A stretch of DNA of 64,000 bases from the human T2T-CHM13v2.0 reference genome, Homo sapiens. The stretch is from NCBI RefSeq assembly GCF_009914755.1, contig NC_060926.1; one strand, given 5' to 3'. The first letter of the stretch is position 1; every line of letters begins with the position of its first letter. The translations under genes and the position numbers were made by a program. Of this stretch, positions 1 through 15,134 are shown piece after piece. The notes beneath the pieces were generated by a model, which saw only the letters and a program-made list of their open reading frames with translations, was not told where the DNA came from and ran no database searches.

Positions 1-65
1 CAATTCTCTTGTGTAGCTACATAGAGAGTAGAATTGTTGGGTCATATGGTAACTCTATGTTTAAC

Positions 66-363
66 TTTTTTTTTTTTTTTTTTTTGAGGCAGGGTCTTGT
101 TCTGTCACCTAGGCTGAAGTGTAGTGGCATGATCATAATATACTGTAACCTTGAACTCAGCCCAAGTGACCCTCCAGCCTTGGCCTCCCGAGTAGGTAGC
201 ACTATAGTTGCAAGCCACCACCGCTGGCAATTTTTGTCTTTTTTATAGAGATGGGATTTCGCCATGTTGCCCAGGCTGCTGTCAAACTCCTGGACTTAAG
301 TGATCCGCCTGCTTTGGCCTCCCAAAGTGCTGGGATTACAAGCATGAGTCACCACTCCCAGCC
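66..363 (-). mobile_element. Alu (AluJ-like)
   Basis: Poly-T followed by the reverse complement of a dimeric Alu. Confidence 0.9.
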
Positions 364-1496
364 TGGTTTTGTATGTTCTTTTCATTTTAGCTATTCTAGT
401 GGGTATGAAGTGACATCTTATTGTTTTGATTGCATTTTCCTAATAGCTAATGGTGTGAGCATCTTTTTCATTTGTATATCTTCTTTGGAGACATGTCTAT
501 TCAGATTCTTTCCCCATATTTCAATTGGCTTATTTTATGTTATTATTATTGTTGAGTTGTAAGAGTTCTTTATATATTTGGATATAAATTCCTTATCAAA
601 TATGTGATTTACAAATATCTTCTCCCATTCTGTAGATTGTCTTTTCACTTTCATGATAGAGGTCTTAGAAGGATAAAATGTCAGCTAAGTTAAATTTATC
701 TATTTCTTCTGTTGTTTATGCATTTGGTATCATATCTAAGAAGCCATTGCCTAACCCAAGCCAATGAATGTTTATCCCATGTTTTTATCTAAGAGTTTTA
801 TAGTATTATCTCAGGTCTGTATCCATTTCAAGCTAATTTTTATAAATGCTGTGAGGTAGGGCCCCAAATTCATTCTTTTTCATGTGGATGTCCAGTTGTC
901 AACATACCATTCACTGAAAAAGACTATTGTTTCCCTATTGAATTATCTTGTCACTCTTGTTGAAAATCAATTGATCATAAATGTAAGGGTTTATTTCTGG
1001 ATTCTCAATTATATTTCAGGCATCCATATTTCTACTTTTATGTCAATACAACATTTTCTTGATTACTGTAACTTTGTAGTAAGTTTCAAATTAGGAAGGG
1101 TGAGTCCTCCAACTTTGTTTTTCTTTTTCAAGATTGTTCGGCTATTCTAGGTCCCTACATTTCCAAAAGAATTTTAGGATAAGCTTGTCAATTTCTGCAA
1201 CAATAACAACAAAAACAGCCACCTAGTAAGTTTTGATAAGGACTTTTTCAATCTGCAGTTCAGTTTGTGGGGTATTGCCATCTTAAGAATATTAACTTTT
1301 CTGATCAATGAACATGGCATACCTTTCCATTTATTTCGGTCTTTATCAATTTTTTTTAGCTGCAAAACAAAAATATTTTACAGATTTTAGCGCCAACTCT
1401 TGCACTTCTTTATTAAAGTTACAAGTTTTTGGAGAAGAAGGGTCTTCCCTCTGTTTGTCTTGGTCAGTCTAGCTAAAGATTTTTCCATTCTGTTGA

Positions 1497-1881
<385 letters not shown>

Positions 1882-2216
1882 CCTCTGATCTTTATTATTT
1901 CCTCTCTTCTGCTTGCTTTAGATTTAGTTTGCTCTTATTTTTCTGATTTCTCAAGGTAGAAGATTAGGCTATTGATTCGGGAACTTTCTTCCTTTTTAAT
2001 ATATGCATTTATAGCTATAAATTTCCCTCTTGGTACTGTTTTAGCTGTATCCAGTAAGTTTTGGTATGTTGTGTTTTGATTTCCATTCCTCTTGATAAAT
2101 TTTCTAATTTCCCTTGTGATTTTGTTTTTAATCCACTGGTTATTATAAAGGTGTTGTTTAATTTCTATATATTTGTGAATTCCCAAATTTCCTTCTGCTA
2201 CTGACTTCTAACTTAA

Positions 2217-2565
<349 letters not shown>

Positions 2566-3249
2566 CGTTATTTCAGTTTTTTAAAATGTATTTGTGTGGT
2601 CTATCAAAAAGAGTGTTCTATGTGCACTTGAGAAGAATATGTATTCTGCTGTTATTCAAACCTATTGTACTCTTGTTCCTAGTTGTCCTACCCATTATTG
2701 AAAATGGAATAATGAAAATAATGAAGTCTCCAACTATTTTGTTGAAGGATTCTACTCTTAAATATCTCTTAGGTGCTTCAAAATTGATTTTATGCTCTCT
2801 CATGTCTCAAATTCATCCAGTTAATGACACCCAGGTGCTCTCACCAGAAACTTGGTGGCCATCCTGGATTCCTCCTTTTTCCTCATGTCCTACATCCAAT
2901 AATGAACCAAGTCCTGCTAATTTTGCTTTTCTGTTCATTCCTTTTTATCTCATCCATCCCTTCCTAGTCCAGGTCCTTGCATCTCACATCAGATCTATTA
3001 TAACCAGTCTACTTGCCTTCAGTCTTAACATTGTTTTGCTAATGTTCTTCATTCCACCTGGAACAGCACACTGATTCTGTAAGACTTAACTGCAGAGTTA
3101 CCCTGTCCCCTGGGGATTCTTCCCTATATGATCTCATTCTCCCCTTTAGCCTCATGATCTCCTGTGTATATCTCTGTCCTAGAAGTTATCACATGATTTT
3201 ACCACTTTTTTACCCACAGGACAGCTCTTTCTCTCATTGCAGAGTAGTG

Positions 3250-3430
3250 AGGAGCACAGGCTCTGGGGTCGGACTGTATAGTTTAAAATCCTGACTCTAC
3301 CAGTTTTTAGTTGTGTGATTCGGCAAATTATTAATCTCTCTATGCTTCAGTTTCCTAATCCATCATATAGGGATGATACTAGTACCTACCTCATAGGATT
3401 AAATTGAAGTAATAGATGCAAAGTACTTAA
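3250..3430. mobile_element. MIR fragment
   Basis: MIR core-like text (ctctctatgcttcagtttcctaatc...atactagtacctacctcatagg). Confidence 0.7.
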
Positions 3431-3548
3431 ATTAAGTGTCAATCTTAACATTATATTCACTTTGGTGGCCCCAGCACTTTAAAAAAGGGCCTGGCAGAGA
3501 AGGTACTTAGTTAGCATAGCTTGAACTGAAATAAGTTAAACTACTTGC

Positions 3549-3845
<297 letters not shown>

Positions 3846-4019
3846 ATTCTGCTCTTCATGTTTGAAATACTGTTCCCCTTCCTCTCTGTTGCTTAATTGA
3901 TGAATTCATTCTTTAAGATCCAGCTTGTGTAGCTTTCCTCTGTAAAGAGAAGACTTCCCTTCCACCCCAGGCAGGCAATCACTCTATATTGTTCCTGTCA
4001 CACTGTGAGACTTTGAGTC

Positions 4020-4250
4020 ATTGCAATAATCACAGCCACCATTTATGAAGCACCTGCTGGGTGCTAGGACTATAATATGACTTTTTTCATTTAATCCTCA
4101 TGATCATCCTGCTGTAAGCCAAGAATTGTTGTCTTCATTTTATTGATTAAAAAAACTGAAGCCCAGTGTGGTTAAATAACTTGCCCAAGGTCAGATGGTT
4201 AACAATCAAGTAACAGACTGAAGTTAGTAGCCAGGCATAACCTCAAAGCT
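4020..4250. mobile_element. MIR fragment
   Basis: catttaatcctcat...aaactgaagccc...ggttaaataacttgcccaaggtca. Confidence 0.7.
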
Positions 4251-6924
4251 CATACAGCTTTTATTTTATTTTTATTTTTTATTTTTGCTTTTAATAGTTT
4301 GCAAGTCTGCCTCTCCACGTATACCATGAGCTTCTTGGAGGCAGAGATCTGTTCCAGCAGATGGTTCTCTTAGAGGAAGAAATATGTCTCCCTATAAGGC
4401 CTAACATTTCCTAGGTGCAGTGCATCAATTGCATCAATACTCCTTCCTTCTGTCTCTCTCCATGGTATCCAGGGATGATTCTATGCTGGCAGAAGGATAA
4501 AGACAAAGAATGATAATTGAGCAGCAACAAAAGCAGCTCAGCCCCCAGGGCCCTCTTGGCCATGTTTGCTGTTCCAGGTGTCACTGGGGACTGTGCTCGA
4601 GGCCTCCCTGGAGTCTGAGCTCACTGGGTCCCCTGGGCAGTGATGTCACCCTCCTGCTCTGCAAGGCCCCTGAGTCCACAATCATACTGACATCACCCAT
4701 GTTTCCACGGGGCTTAGTAAGGAACTCAGACCTCGCCCACATGTCCCTGCCTGAGACAACTTCTGTGATCTTGATTTTGGGGGTCCATTCCTTTGCTCAG
4801 AGTTCTCTTTCTATGAGTGGACAGCTTTCCTCCCCATCCTTCACCCTGACTTATCTGTCCCCTATAATTGTAAGCTTCACACAGTACTTTGCTCTACTCA
4901 AATGGCCTGGAATCTCTGACACATTAGTCTAAATTGGGAAGCACAGGGGATTAAAAAAAATGATCCTCTATAATTTTGTCAGACTGGAAAAGGGAAAAGC
5001 TGAACAAGAAGAAATTAGGGCAACTCATCAACTTTTCCAGCATCTGGCTGTGACAGGGATCCTTTAAAGTAGCTGGAAACTTGAAGGGCTTCAACTCTGA
5101 ATTTTGAGGTTTTTCACTTGCCTGTCTCCATTAGCCTTAAGGAAAGCATCTCCAGAGAGAGATTCTCTCCCTCTAGCCACCAACCCCTAGTTTAATTCAA
5201 ATTCGGCAAGTAATCATCAAGCAACCAAACAGACAGCTGTTTACCCTAATACTTGGCATTATGGGATATGCTTTAAAACCCAAATGTGACAGACATTTCT
5301 CTACCTTAAATCCTTACATGGCCCCATTGCACCTAGAATAAAATCCAAACTATACCATGGCCCTGGGCACCTTCCCCCTGGCCACCCCCAGCTGCATCCT
5401 GTTCCCCTCTTCCTGTGTCCACTCCCCTCCAACCACATCAGCCACCTTTCAGGCCCTCAAACACACCAAGACCTGGACCTCTTCAGGCTTTTGCAATTTG
5501 TATTTATGTTGAGAGCTGCATGACAAGTCAGAGGTCATAGGTCTTAGGTTAATTATCTCCTTAGAGACGGTAACAAACAGAATGTGGACCACTTGAGCAT
5601 GGCAATTGAAGTTGCAGTATTAAAAGTCAAAATTGAAAGGATAGGGAGAGCCTGACCATTCTAGAATGCAGCACTGGGCCCAGGCCTCAGGTCAAGATGC
5701 TGCTCCAATAGAGGAGCAGAGGCATGGGCTATCTTAGTTCCCCTGGTTCCTCTCACTGGTACAGCACTGGCTTAGTGGCCAGCTCCTGAGTTAGATCATC
5801 TAAGGCTACGATGAAGACTGCATTCTTTTCCTTCATCCCACTCATCCCAGTTTGTAATTAAATAATAATTGTTTGTGTGTTTGTTTTCGTTCTCCCTCAC
5901 CAGACTGTAAATCCAAGGGGAGGCAGGGACCATGTCTGATTTGTTTAATGTATTCTTAGAACCTAAATCAGTGCCTGACACATAGTAGGTGCTTAATAAA
6001 TATTTGATGACCAAACGAATGATAAAGGTGATCTGTACCTTCAGAGAGCATCTCTCATCTATTTGGGGAAGCTGGTATAGCATACACAAAGCAAGTAGAC
6101 ATTGTGTTTTATAAATTGGGTATGCAAGAAGTGGTGCATTACTTCAATTCCCTTCAATCAATTTAAATCTACCTCCAAATCCCCATTCTGCTGGATTACT
6201 GGGAAATTCAGTCCCAATCCAGGGTTGGGAAAAGACCTAGGGGGCTTTCCTAGAGCAGAACATTTAGGGGAATCTCCAAATGAGATGCTTATTGCCCCAG
6301 CCTTGGTGACCTTGTAAGGTAGCTCTACGACTCCCAGACCACTCCTCCCCTTAGGAAGTATTGTGGGGTTAGGACCCCTGGGGTCTGGAGTCCACTCAGA
6401 GGCCATTCCTTTCTACCATCTCACCACCTCTCCCAGGTGCCCCAAGGGGGCAGCCTAGGGTTCCTGCCTGCTTGGGAACCACCCCCAAATCTTGAAGGGC
6501 TCTCCCTTCCTCTCTGCCCTCTCCACTTCAGCCTTATTCCTTCAGATACTAGCCTGCTCCTCTTCCCCAGGGAGCATCAACCCAGCACGGAATTTAGATT
6601 TCCTTCTGACTGCTTTCCTTTCTGCTTTGCCATGCTAATAGCTCTGCCAATGGTATCCAAAGCCTGGCTGTCTCGTTGGAATGGGAGAAGAAAATCAGGA
6701 GAATGGAAGACAAAATAAAAACTTGATACGCTTGATACATTATCGTGTTCTACACCAAATAGGAAACTCTACAAAGGCAGATACAATAAGGTCCTAAGTT
6801 GAAAATAATCAAGTACCAAATGTATGGTGTAATCAGAAGTGTTTGAGGTTAGTTTATTTCTCACCTCTAGTCTGTCTCTAAGGCCCCTCTCTCACAACCT
6901 ATGTGCCCATCCTAGGCAATCTAA

Positions 6925-7240
<316 letters not shown>

Positions 7241-7626
7241 TAATTTTCTTGCACACTAGAGAGACACCCCTGAATACACATTTACACCATGAAATCTTGT
7301 CAATTATTCTACTTCCGCAGTGACTTGGATCTCTGCATTTCTCGCTTGCACCATTGCTATTACCACATGTCAAGGTGTAACATCTTGTGCCAGAACTTTT
7401 ATAATAATCTACCAATTTATTTTCCTAAAGTCCTCCTTCACCAGTATTCATTCCTTTGCTCTTCTATTCAAAAAGTATTTTTGGAACAATGACGCTGACA
7501 CCAACTGTGTGACCTTGGACAAGTTGCTGATATCCCTAGTGCTTCCATTTTTCAATCTGTAAAATCCAGATAACAATAATAATATCTCTCCTATATGAAT
7601 GTTATATTGTTATAAGACATGCCTAA

Positions 7627-7910
7627 GGCTGGGCATGGTGGTCCATGACTGTAGTCCCAGCACTTTGGGAGGCCAAGGAGGGAGGATTGCCTGAGCCTAG
7701 AAGTTCAACACCAGAAACATAGGGAGACCCCATCTCTACAAAAAAAAAATTTTAATTAGCTGGGCATGATGGTGCACACCTGTGGACCTGGGTGCTCAGG
7801 ATGGTCAGGTGGGAGGATCATTTGAGCCCAGCAGTTCGAGGCTGCAGTGAGTCATGATCATGCCACTGCACTCTAGCAACAGAATAAGATCTGGTTTCAA
7901 AAAAAAAAAA
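7627..7910 (+). mobile_element. Alu (AluJ-like) inserted in a MIR
   Basis: Dimer with A tail; MIR-like sequence on both flanks. Confidence 0.85.
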
Positions 7911-8096
7911 ATGCCTGGCATATAAGTAGTGCTTGATAAACGTTGGCTATTTTATTTTATTTGCTGTTGCTATTGTAATTGTTGTTGTTGATATTACTTG
8001 TCAGGCATACTTAGATGCTGAAGATACAGTGGTAAACAAGAGAGGCAAGATCCCTGTGCTTATGGAGCTTACCATATGATCAGGGGAGAAAAAGGG

Positions 8097-8097
<1 letters not shown>

Positions 8098-8136
<39 letters not shown>
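8098..8136. repeat. (TG)n microsatellite
   Basis: Perfect TG run. Confidence 0.98.
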
Positions 8137-8141
<5 letters not shown>

Positions 8142-8504
8142 CTCAGATAGTTGCAGAGGCTATTTAAAGAATTAAAATGGAGTGACATACTACCCTTATC
8201 CGTTAAGATGGTTATTATGAACAAACAGAAAATAACAAGTGTTGGTGTGGATGTGGAGAAATTGGAATACTTGTACATTGCTGATAGGAATGTAAAATGT
8301 TACAGCCACTATGGAAACCACTGTGGTAGTTCTTCAAAAATTAAAGCTAAAACTACCGTACGATATAGCAATTCCAATTCTAGGCCTACAGCCAAAAGAA
8401 TTGAGAGGAGGGACTCAAAGAGATACTTGTACACCAATATTTGTAGCAACATTATTCACAATAGTCACTAGGTAGAAACCACCCAAATGCCCATTGACAG
8501 ATGA

Positions 8505-8851
<347 letters not shown>

Positions 8852-8876
8852 CTTATTCATTCTTAAAAAGGAATGA

Positions 8877-9168
8877 GGCCAGATGCAGTGGCTCACGCCT
8901 GTAATCCCAACAATTTGGGAGGCCGAGGTGTGCAGATCACCTGAGGTCAGGAGTTTGAGACCAGCTTGACCAACATGGAGAAACCCCATCTCTACTAAAA
9001 ATACAAAATTAGCCGGGTGTGGTGGTGCATGCCTGTAATTCCAGCTACTCAGGAAGGCTGAGGCAGGAGAATCACTTGAACCCAGGGGGTGGAGGTTGCA
9101 GTGAGCCAAGATCACGCCATTGTGCTCCAGCCTGGGCAACTCTGTCTCAAAAAAAAAAAAAAAAAAAA
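8877..9168 (+). mobile_element. Alu (AluSp-like)
   Basis: AACATGGAGAAACCCC; TSD aaaaaggaa(t/c)ga; short deletion near the 3' end. Confidence 0.9.
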
Positions 9169-10049
9169 GGAACGAAATTCTGACACATGCTACAACATGA
9201 ATGAAACCTGAAGACATGCTAAATGAAATAAGCCAGACACAAAAGGACAAATATTGCGTGACGCCACTATGACGAAGTGCCTAAAACACTGCAATTCATA
9301 GAGACAGAGAGTAGAATGGAGGTTGCCAAGGGCTGAGGGGAGGGAGGAATGAGGTATCATTGTTTAATGGATACAGGGTTTCAGTTTGAGAAGATAAAAA
9401 ATTCTGGAGATGAATGATGGTGATGATTGCATGACTATGCGTATGCACTTAATGTCACTGAATTGCACACTTAAAAGTGGTTCAAATGGTAAATTAAGTG
9501 TTACTTATATTTTACCACAATGAGAATAAGTAAACATTTTTTAATGGAGTGGCATAATGAGCCTGCACAGGTCATTTCTAGACTGATGGTTAGAGAGGGC
9601 ATTTCTGAGGAAGTGAAATTTAACCTCAAGCTCTGAGTGACAAGAAGCCAGCCATGAGAAGACAGTGGGTGAGGGGGAGCAGGGCAGGCAAGAGAGACAG
9701 AGAGTGCAAAGCTCTAAGGCAGAAACACATCTGGAGTGTTCCAGGGACCAAAAGAAGGCTGGTGTAGCAGGAGCAGAGAGGGCAAAGGAGGGACAGCCAG
9801 CTGGAATGGAGGGTGAAGAGGTGACCACAATCACCATGGACAGCTCTTTCAGGAAGTTTTTCTATAAAGAGAAACAGAAATAGGGCACATGTCAAAGGGG
9901 CTGCTGGGGAGATTTTTATTTTTTTATTTTGTTCAAGATGAGAATGATTGAGTAGAGGGGCAGAATCAACATCACTCAAGGGAGAGATAAAGTTGGAGGA
10001 CTAAAGTCCTTGAGTAAAGAGAAGGACTGGAACCCAGACCACTAGCACA

Positions 10050-10520
10050 GTGTTTGGAGAGAGCTGATACCAGCACGATTCCACATTACTAAATTTAACA
10101 GTGCTGGGACAGGGCATAACACAAGAACATAACATGTCCTTACATTAGAAAACACTGAGACCAAGTGAAAATAACTGATTGCTCTGGAAAATATCTGCTC
10201 CTGGAAGGTAATACTATGAACCAGTGAAAATAACTTGTTCATGAAGACTCACTTCAAAACTTTCGCCTAACTGTGCCCACCAATCCTTAGCTGTTTTATA
10301 TTTTGTTATCCAGTCCTAACCAGTTTTCCACTTTGCAAAACCCACCTTAAAACCATCCAGCTCAGGCCCTAAAACTCTATAAATACCCAATCCTAATTTC
10401 CCCATTTTGAGACACTACTAAGATTCCAGCAAGGGGGTATGGTCCCTTATTGCAGTGAGTCTAACAAGTTACTTTCAACTTGATTTTTCTAATGGTATTT
10501 TGGGGAATCTGCAGTTAACA
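10050..10520 (+). mobile_element. Solo ERV1-type LTR (MER90/MER110-like, uncertain)
   Basis: TATAAA followed by gagacactactaaga..., ending in ...aaca; family from recall. Confidence 0.5.
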
Positions 10521-10657
10521 GTAGCTTTTGATAGGGGCAGGGGTATTCATCCATTTTAGCAGGGCAGAGGCTACAGATGCAAGTATCTTGAGGTTTAGTT
10601 TTTAGAGATGTGATGGAATCATATTACTAAACCATAAAAATTGCATCACATCTACCA

Positions 10658-11145
10658 CGTATTAGTTTCCTATTGCTGCAGTAATAAATCACCACAAACT
10701 TAATTACTTAAAACAACAAATGTATTACCTTATAGTTCTGTAAGTCAGAAATCTAAAATGAGTTTTACTGGACTTAAAGTGCCAGCAAGGCTGCATTCTT
10801 CCTGGAGGCCCTAGGGTAGAATCCATTTCCTTGACCTTTCCAGCTTCTATGGACTGACTGCATTCCTTTGCTTATGGTCTCCTTTAATCCTCAAAGCCAG
10901 ATGTTCAACCACTTTAATTGCCGCTTCCTCATTACATCTTCTCTGACCCTGATTTTTCTGCATCCCTCCTCACTTATAAGGACCCCTGTGATTACACTGG
11001 GCTTACCTGGATAATCCTGGCTAATCTCCCATTTCAAGATCCTTAATCACGTCTGTAAAAATCCCTTTTGCCATGTAAGGATTATTCACAGATTCTACGG
11101 ATTAGGATGTGGACATCTTTTGGAGCCACTATTCTGCATACCATA
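10658..11145 (-). mobile_element. MLT1 (MaLR) solo LTR
   Basis: gtattagtttcctattgctgc...accacaaactt...gattaggatgtggacatcttt...ctattctgc. Confidence 0.85.
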
Positions 11146-11279
11146 CCCTATTATAAATGCTTAATGATTATTGCCAGCAAAATGAAACTCAGACTTTTAG
11201 CATGGCACTAAAATCCAGCCCCTTCCTAACCTTTCTAATATCCTCCATCGTGATATTCCTTATTCAACCCTACCCATTC

Positions 11280-12290
11280 ACTTTATAAAAACGTATTGAA
11301 TACCATCTATGTGCCAGATATTAGGTACTAGGAATATGAGAAGAGGAGATGATAACACATAAACAAATAATTATAGATGTCAGGTGTGATCAGTGTTATA
11401 AAGAAAATAGAGCAAGGTAAGGAGGATGGGGAGCAATGGAGGAGACAACGCTAGGTGGTCTTGGGAGGCCTTTCTGAAAGGGAGAGAGCCATGTGAAGAC
11501 CTGGGAAACATACAAGAGCCTGAGGGACCAGCAACTGCAAATACCTTGAATACTTCCCAGCTGGTTAAGGAACATCAAGGTATGGTCATCAGTGGAATGA
11601 GTGAGGAGAGCAGTAAAGCCATGGACAGAGAAGTAACTGGGGCTGGATGGAAGACTTGGAGTCTTCTAAGAAGAGGAGTGACAGGATCTGACTTATGTGT
11701 TAAAAGGTTACTATGGCCTTTCTGTGAAGAACAGATTGTCAGACCAGAAGGAGGGAAGCGGGCACATAAATTAGAAGGAGGCTACTGTGACTGTTTGAGC
11801 AAGAGACGATGATGGCTTGGACACAGTGGCAGTCTCACTACAGGGGTGGTGAGAAGCTTTTGGATTTCAGATGTATTTCGAAAGCAGAGCTGGCAAATTT
11901 TGCTGATGGATTAGACATATGGTGTGAGAGAAAGAGAGGAGTCAAGGATGATTCTAAGGTTTTTGGCCTGAGCAAATGGAGGAATGGAGTTTCTGTTTCT
12001 AAGATCCAGAAGACTTGGGAGAGATCAAGTTGAGGAGGTGGGTGGTGAAATTAGGAATTTGATTTTGAACATGTTAGGTCTACTTTACATTCAAGTTGCA
12101 GTGTCAAGCAGGCAGTTAAATATATGAGTCTAGAGTTCATGTGAGATTAGGGTTGGAGATGCAAATTTGGGAGTCATAAAAATGTACATGTTATTAAATC
12201 CATAAAACTGGATGGGATTCCTGAGGGCATGAGCACAGGCAGAAGAAGAAATCCAAGGACTGAGTCCCGGGTTCCCTGATATTTAGAGGC
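11280..12290. mobile_element. L2 fragment
   Basis: Typical L2 text (gagagaaagagaggagtcaaggatgattctaaggtttttggcctgagca). Confidence 0.8.
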
Positions 12291-12584
12291 TTTTCAAACC
12301 CAAAATGTCTTCTCCTGATCTTTACTGTGCTATTCCTTCAGCCTGGAATATCTTTCTCCAACCCCACCACTATCTTTCAAAATTGTATTCCAACAAGAGG
12401 AAAGGGGACTTTGGGGCACTTCATTTTTCAGCCCTTTTCTGAGGATGAGGGGCACCGTACTGTCTAGGCTTCGTGTACTGTGGCAGGTAACACAGACATA
12501 GCCTTGTCTCTTCTTTCTTGCTGAAAGAACTTGAATGTAGTTCAAGGCAGAGTGTTGGGCCCTAGGATGTAAGTAATAATTGTC

Positions 12585-13145
12585 TAGTGATTCTCAGTCC
12601 TCAAGTGCTTCAGAACCACCCATGGAGGTTAAAATGGTCAATTCTGCTATGCATATTGTACTACAATATTGTTTTTCAGTTCAGGCACGGTGGCTCATGC
12701 CTGTAATCCCAGAACGTTAGGAGGCTGAGGCAGGAGGATTGCTTGAGCTTAGGAGTTTGAGATCAGCCTGGGCAGCATGGTAAAACCCTGTCTCTACAAA
12801 ACGTTAGCCGGGCGTGGTGGTGTGCACCTATGCTCCCAGCTACTCAGGAGGTTCAAGTGGGAGGATCACTTGAGCCCGGGAGGCAGAAGTTGCAGTGAGC
12901 CCAGGAGGCAGAAGATTGTGCCATTGCACTCCAGCCTGGGCGACAGAGCAAGACCCTGTTTTGAAAAATAAATAAATACATAAATAAAATAATAATAAAT
13001 TATTTTAAAAATTGCTTGTGGAGATTGTTTAAAATGACAATCCTGGTTACAGCCTCAGAAATTCTGACTTAGCTGGCCTGGGTCATTGGTACTTTTTAAA
13101 AAGCTGCCCAGGGGATGATGATGTGCAGCCAGGTTTGAGAACCAT
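12585..13145. mobile_element. MER5A-like hAT-Charlie element split by an Alu (~12680-12990, +)
   Basis: Left end agtgattctca...cagaaccacc and right end gatgtgcagccaggtttgagaacc. Confidence 0.65.
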
Positions 13146-13328
13146 GAGACAAGAGTGACAATTCTGTTCCCCTTTGTAAGATGCTGTGTTAGAAACCAGC
13201 TTCCCTAGAGTGACCATGTAACCCAGTTCTGGCCAATAAGACCAAAAGGAAAGCTTCTGGGTGCTTCTGGAAAATGCTTTCCTTCCTGACTAAAGAACAG
13301 CCCATTCCCAGTCGCTCGCCCCCATCTT

Positions 13329-13500
13329 TTTTTTTTTTTTTTTTTTTTGATGAGATACACTCTAGTAAATTCTGTTCTCTTTCATTCTATTTCATTATTC
13401 CTTTTAATTTTTTTATTTTTAGATTTTATTCTTTTTTAAAATTTAATTTTAAGTTCCGTGATACATGTGCAGGTTTGTTACATAGGTGAACATGTACCAT
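13329..13500 (-). mobile_element. 5'-truncated L1PA 3' end with a ~53-bp 3' transduction and a second poly(A)
   Basis: L1PA terminus (acatgtgcaggtttgttacatagg...catg); T22 at 13327-13348; 15-bp TSD (13/15 match) at 13314-13328 and 13501-13515. Confidence 0.8.
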
Positions 13501-15134
13501 GCTCACCTCCATCTTGAATAGAGTTGGGATGCCCAGAGTTCTTTCCAGGACTCTGTGGGCCTGTCCCGCTCTGCTGCTCCCTGAGGTGGGAGACGCAGCT
13601 CAACACCTTCCACCTCCTTCAGCTCCCACCCGCAGGAAGACGTCTCTCATCTTCCCGGTGCTAGGGTCCCACGCCAGTGGACGGTCCTCCGGGATGGGGT
13701 CCACACTGACATGGCTAGGTCTGCAGCGAGGGCAGACATGGAGACCCACATACCACATGTCTGCTGATTTAGAAGTTATAAGTCAATCTGAATAAGATAT
13801 GTTCTACCCTCATACCTTAACAAATATACCTTTCTGATGACCTAGAAGACCAGATTTGAATTTAGAATCATCGGACTGCTCGGCTTTCTGTGTGAGAACG
13901 TGGAGGTGCGGTGAGGAACACTCTTTGCCTGGTCTCTGACCACTAGATTCGCACATGCATGGATGCCTTGAACGTCCAAGCTCCATCCACAGCTGCACAA
14001 ACGGCGGCTTCCTTGGCCATTCTTTAGATGTAGAGGCTGAATATATCGGCAGCAGCATGGCCTGCCCTCAGGATGAGAAGGAAGAGACCCACACAGGTGC
14101 CAGAAGAGAGCTCAGAGCCAGTTGGGCAGGCAATTCTGGAGTCCTGGGCCTTGGACCACGGTCTACAGGGCGAGGCACAGGTTTTGGGTGGGCACTTCCA
14201 TCCCCTTGGCCCCGTGGACGTCTCAGACACTGTAGAGGACCAGGCTGGCAGAGGGTCAGCACCTGATCCTCTAGCACATCAGACCCAGGGCCCCTTTCAT
14301 TCAGGCCGGAGACAGGGCAAGGGGTTACTGCTGTCGGGAAGCTCAGCCCAGCTCGCCTCCACATTGCTTAGCCCTCAGGAAGCTCAGGCAGCTCAACACT
14401 AATGCAGGCTGCTTTGCTGCTCCGCCTTCCTCCCCTCTGCTATCTGTCTTCTTTGATGCTTAGATAAACCAGGGCAAGATCAGGAATTCCACTGTCTAAG
14501 CTGACATACCTCAGGAAATGGAGCGCCATTCTCTCCCCAGTCTCTGTGAATTGTCCTCTTGGAGTCTCTTCTTGGCCTGGCTTGTGGCAAGAGGGGCCAG
14601 GAGACTTGCGCCTCATAGGAGTCTGCTCTCCCAGAAGACTCGTGGCTCCTCCTTCCTCCCTCCTTCTCATAGCGGGGTGCTGATTGTTGTCCTTAGTGGG
14701 ACCATTTTCACCTCCTCTTCATAATCCCTGGAAGAGAGGTGTGATTTAAATTCTTGACAACTTTCTTTAGGAATATGAGGTACTTAGCATTTTTGCTTGT
14801 TTATTTTTGGAATTTTGTTGTGTGTTTTCTGTTTGTTTGTTTTTTGTCTCCAGCTTTGAGCCTTAGCTGTCATTACCAGGCAAAAGGAAGAGCCCCACTC
14901 AGCACCCGTTTCCGGTTTTACGGCCCAGGCACTGTTGAGCAGACCACTATGTGGAAAGCCAGGGAGGATAATAGCAGCCCCCCAATGAGGCCACGAGCCC
15001 CAGAAGTGAGTACCTCACCTCAGCAGCCTAGAGTCGCTGCCTAGAATCTGTAGACTGCTAAGTTCATTACCATCCTCTTCCTTCCAATTTTTTGACATTC
15101 TGGGAACTTTTAACATCTAGAAGCATTGGAGGGA

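Noticed and set aside
4510-4932. 140-aa ORF in non-Alu sequence
   Set aside because: No recognisable domain, promoter or exon context
13327-14750. A 1.4-kb minus-strand processed pseudogene ending in the T22 run
   Set aside because: The TSD closes at 13501-13515, so the insertion is only ~170 bp; no recognisable protein lies upstream
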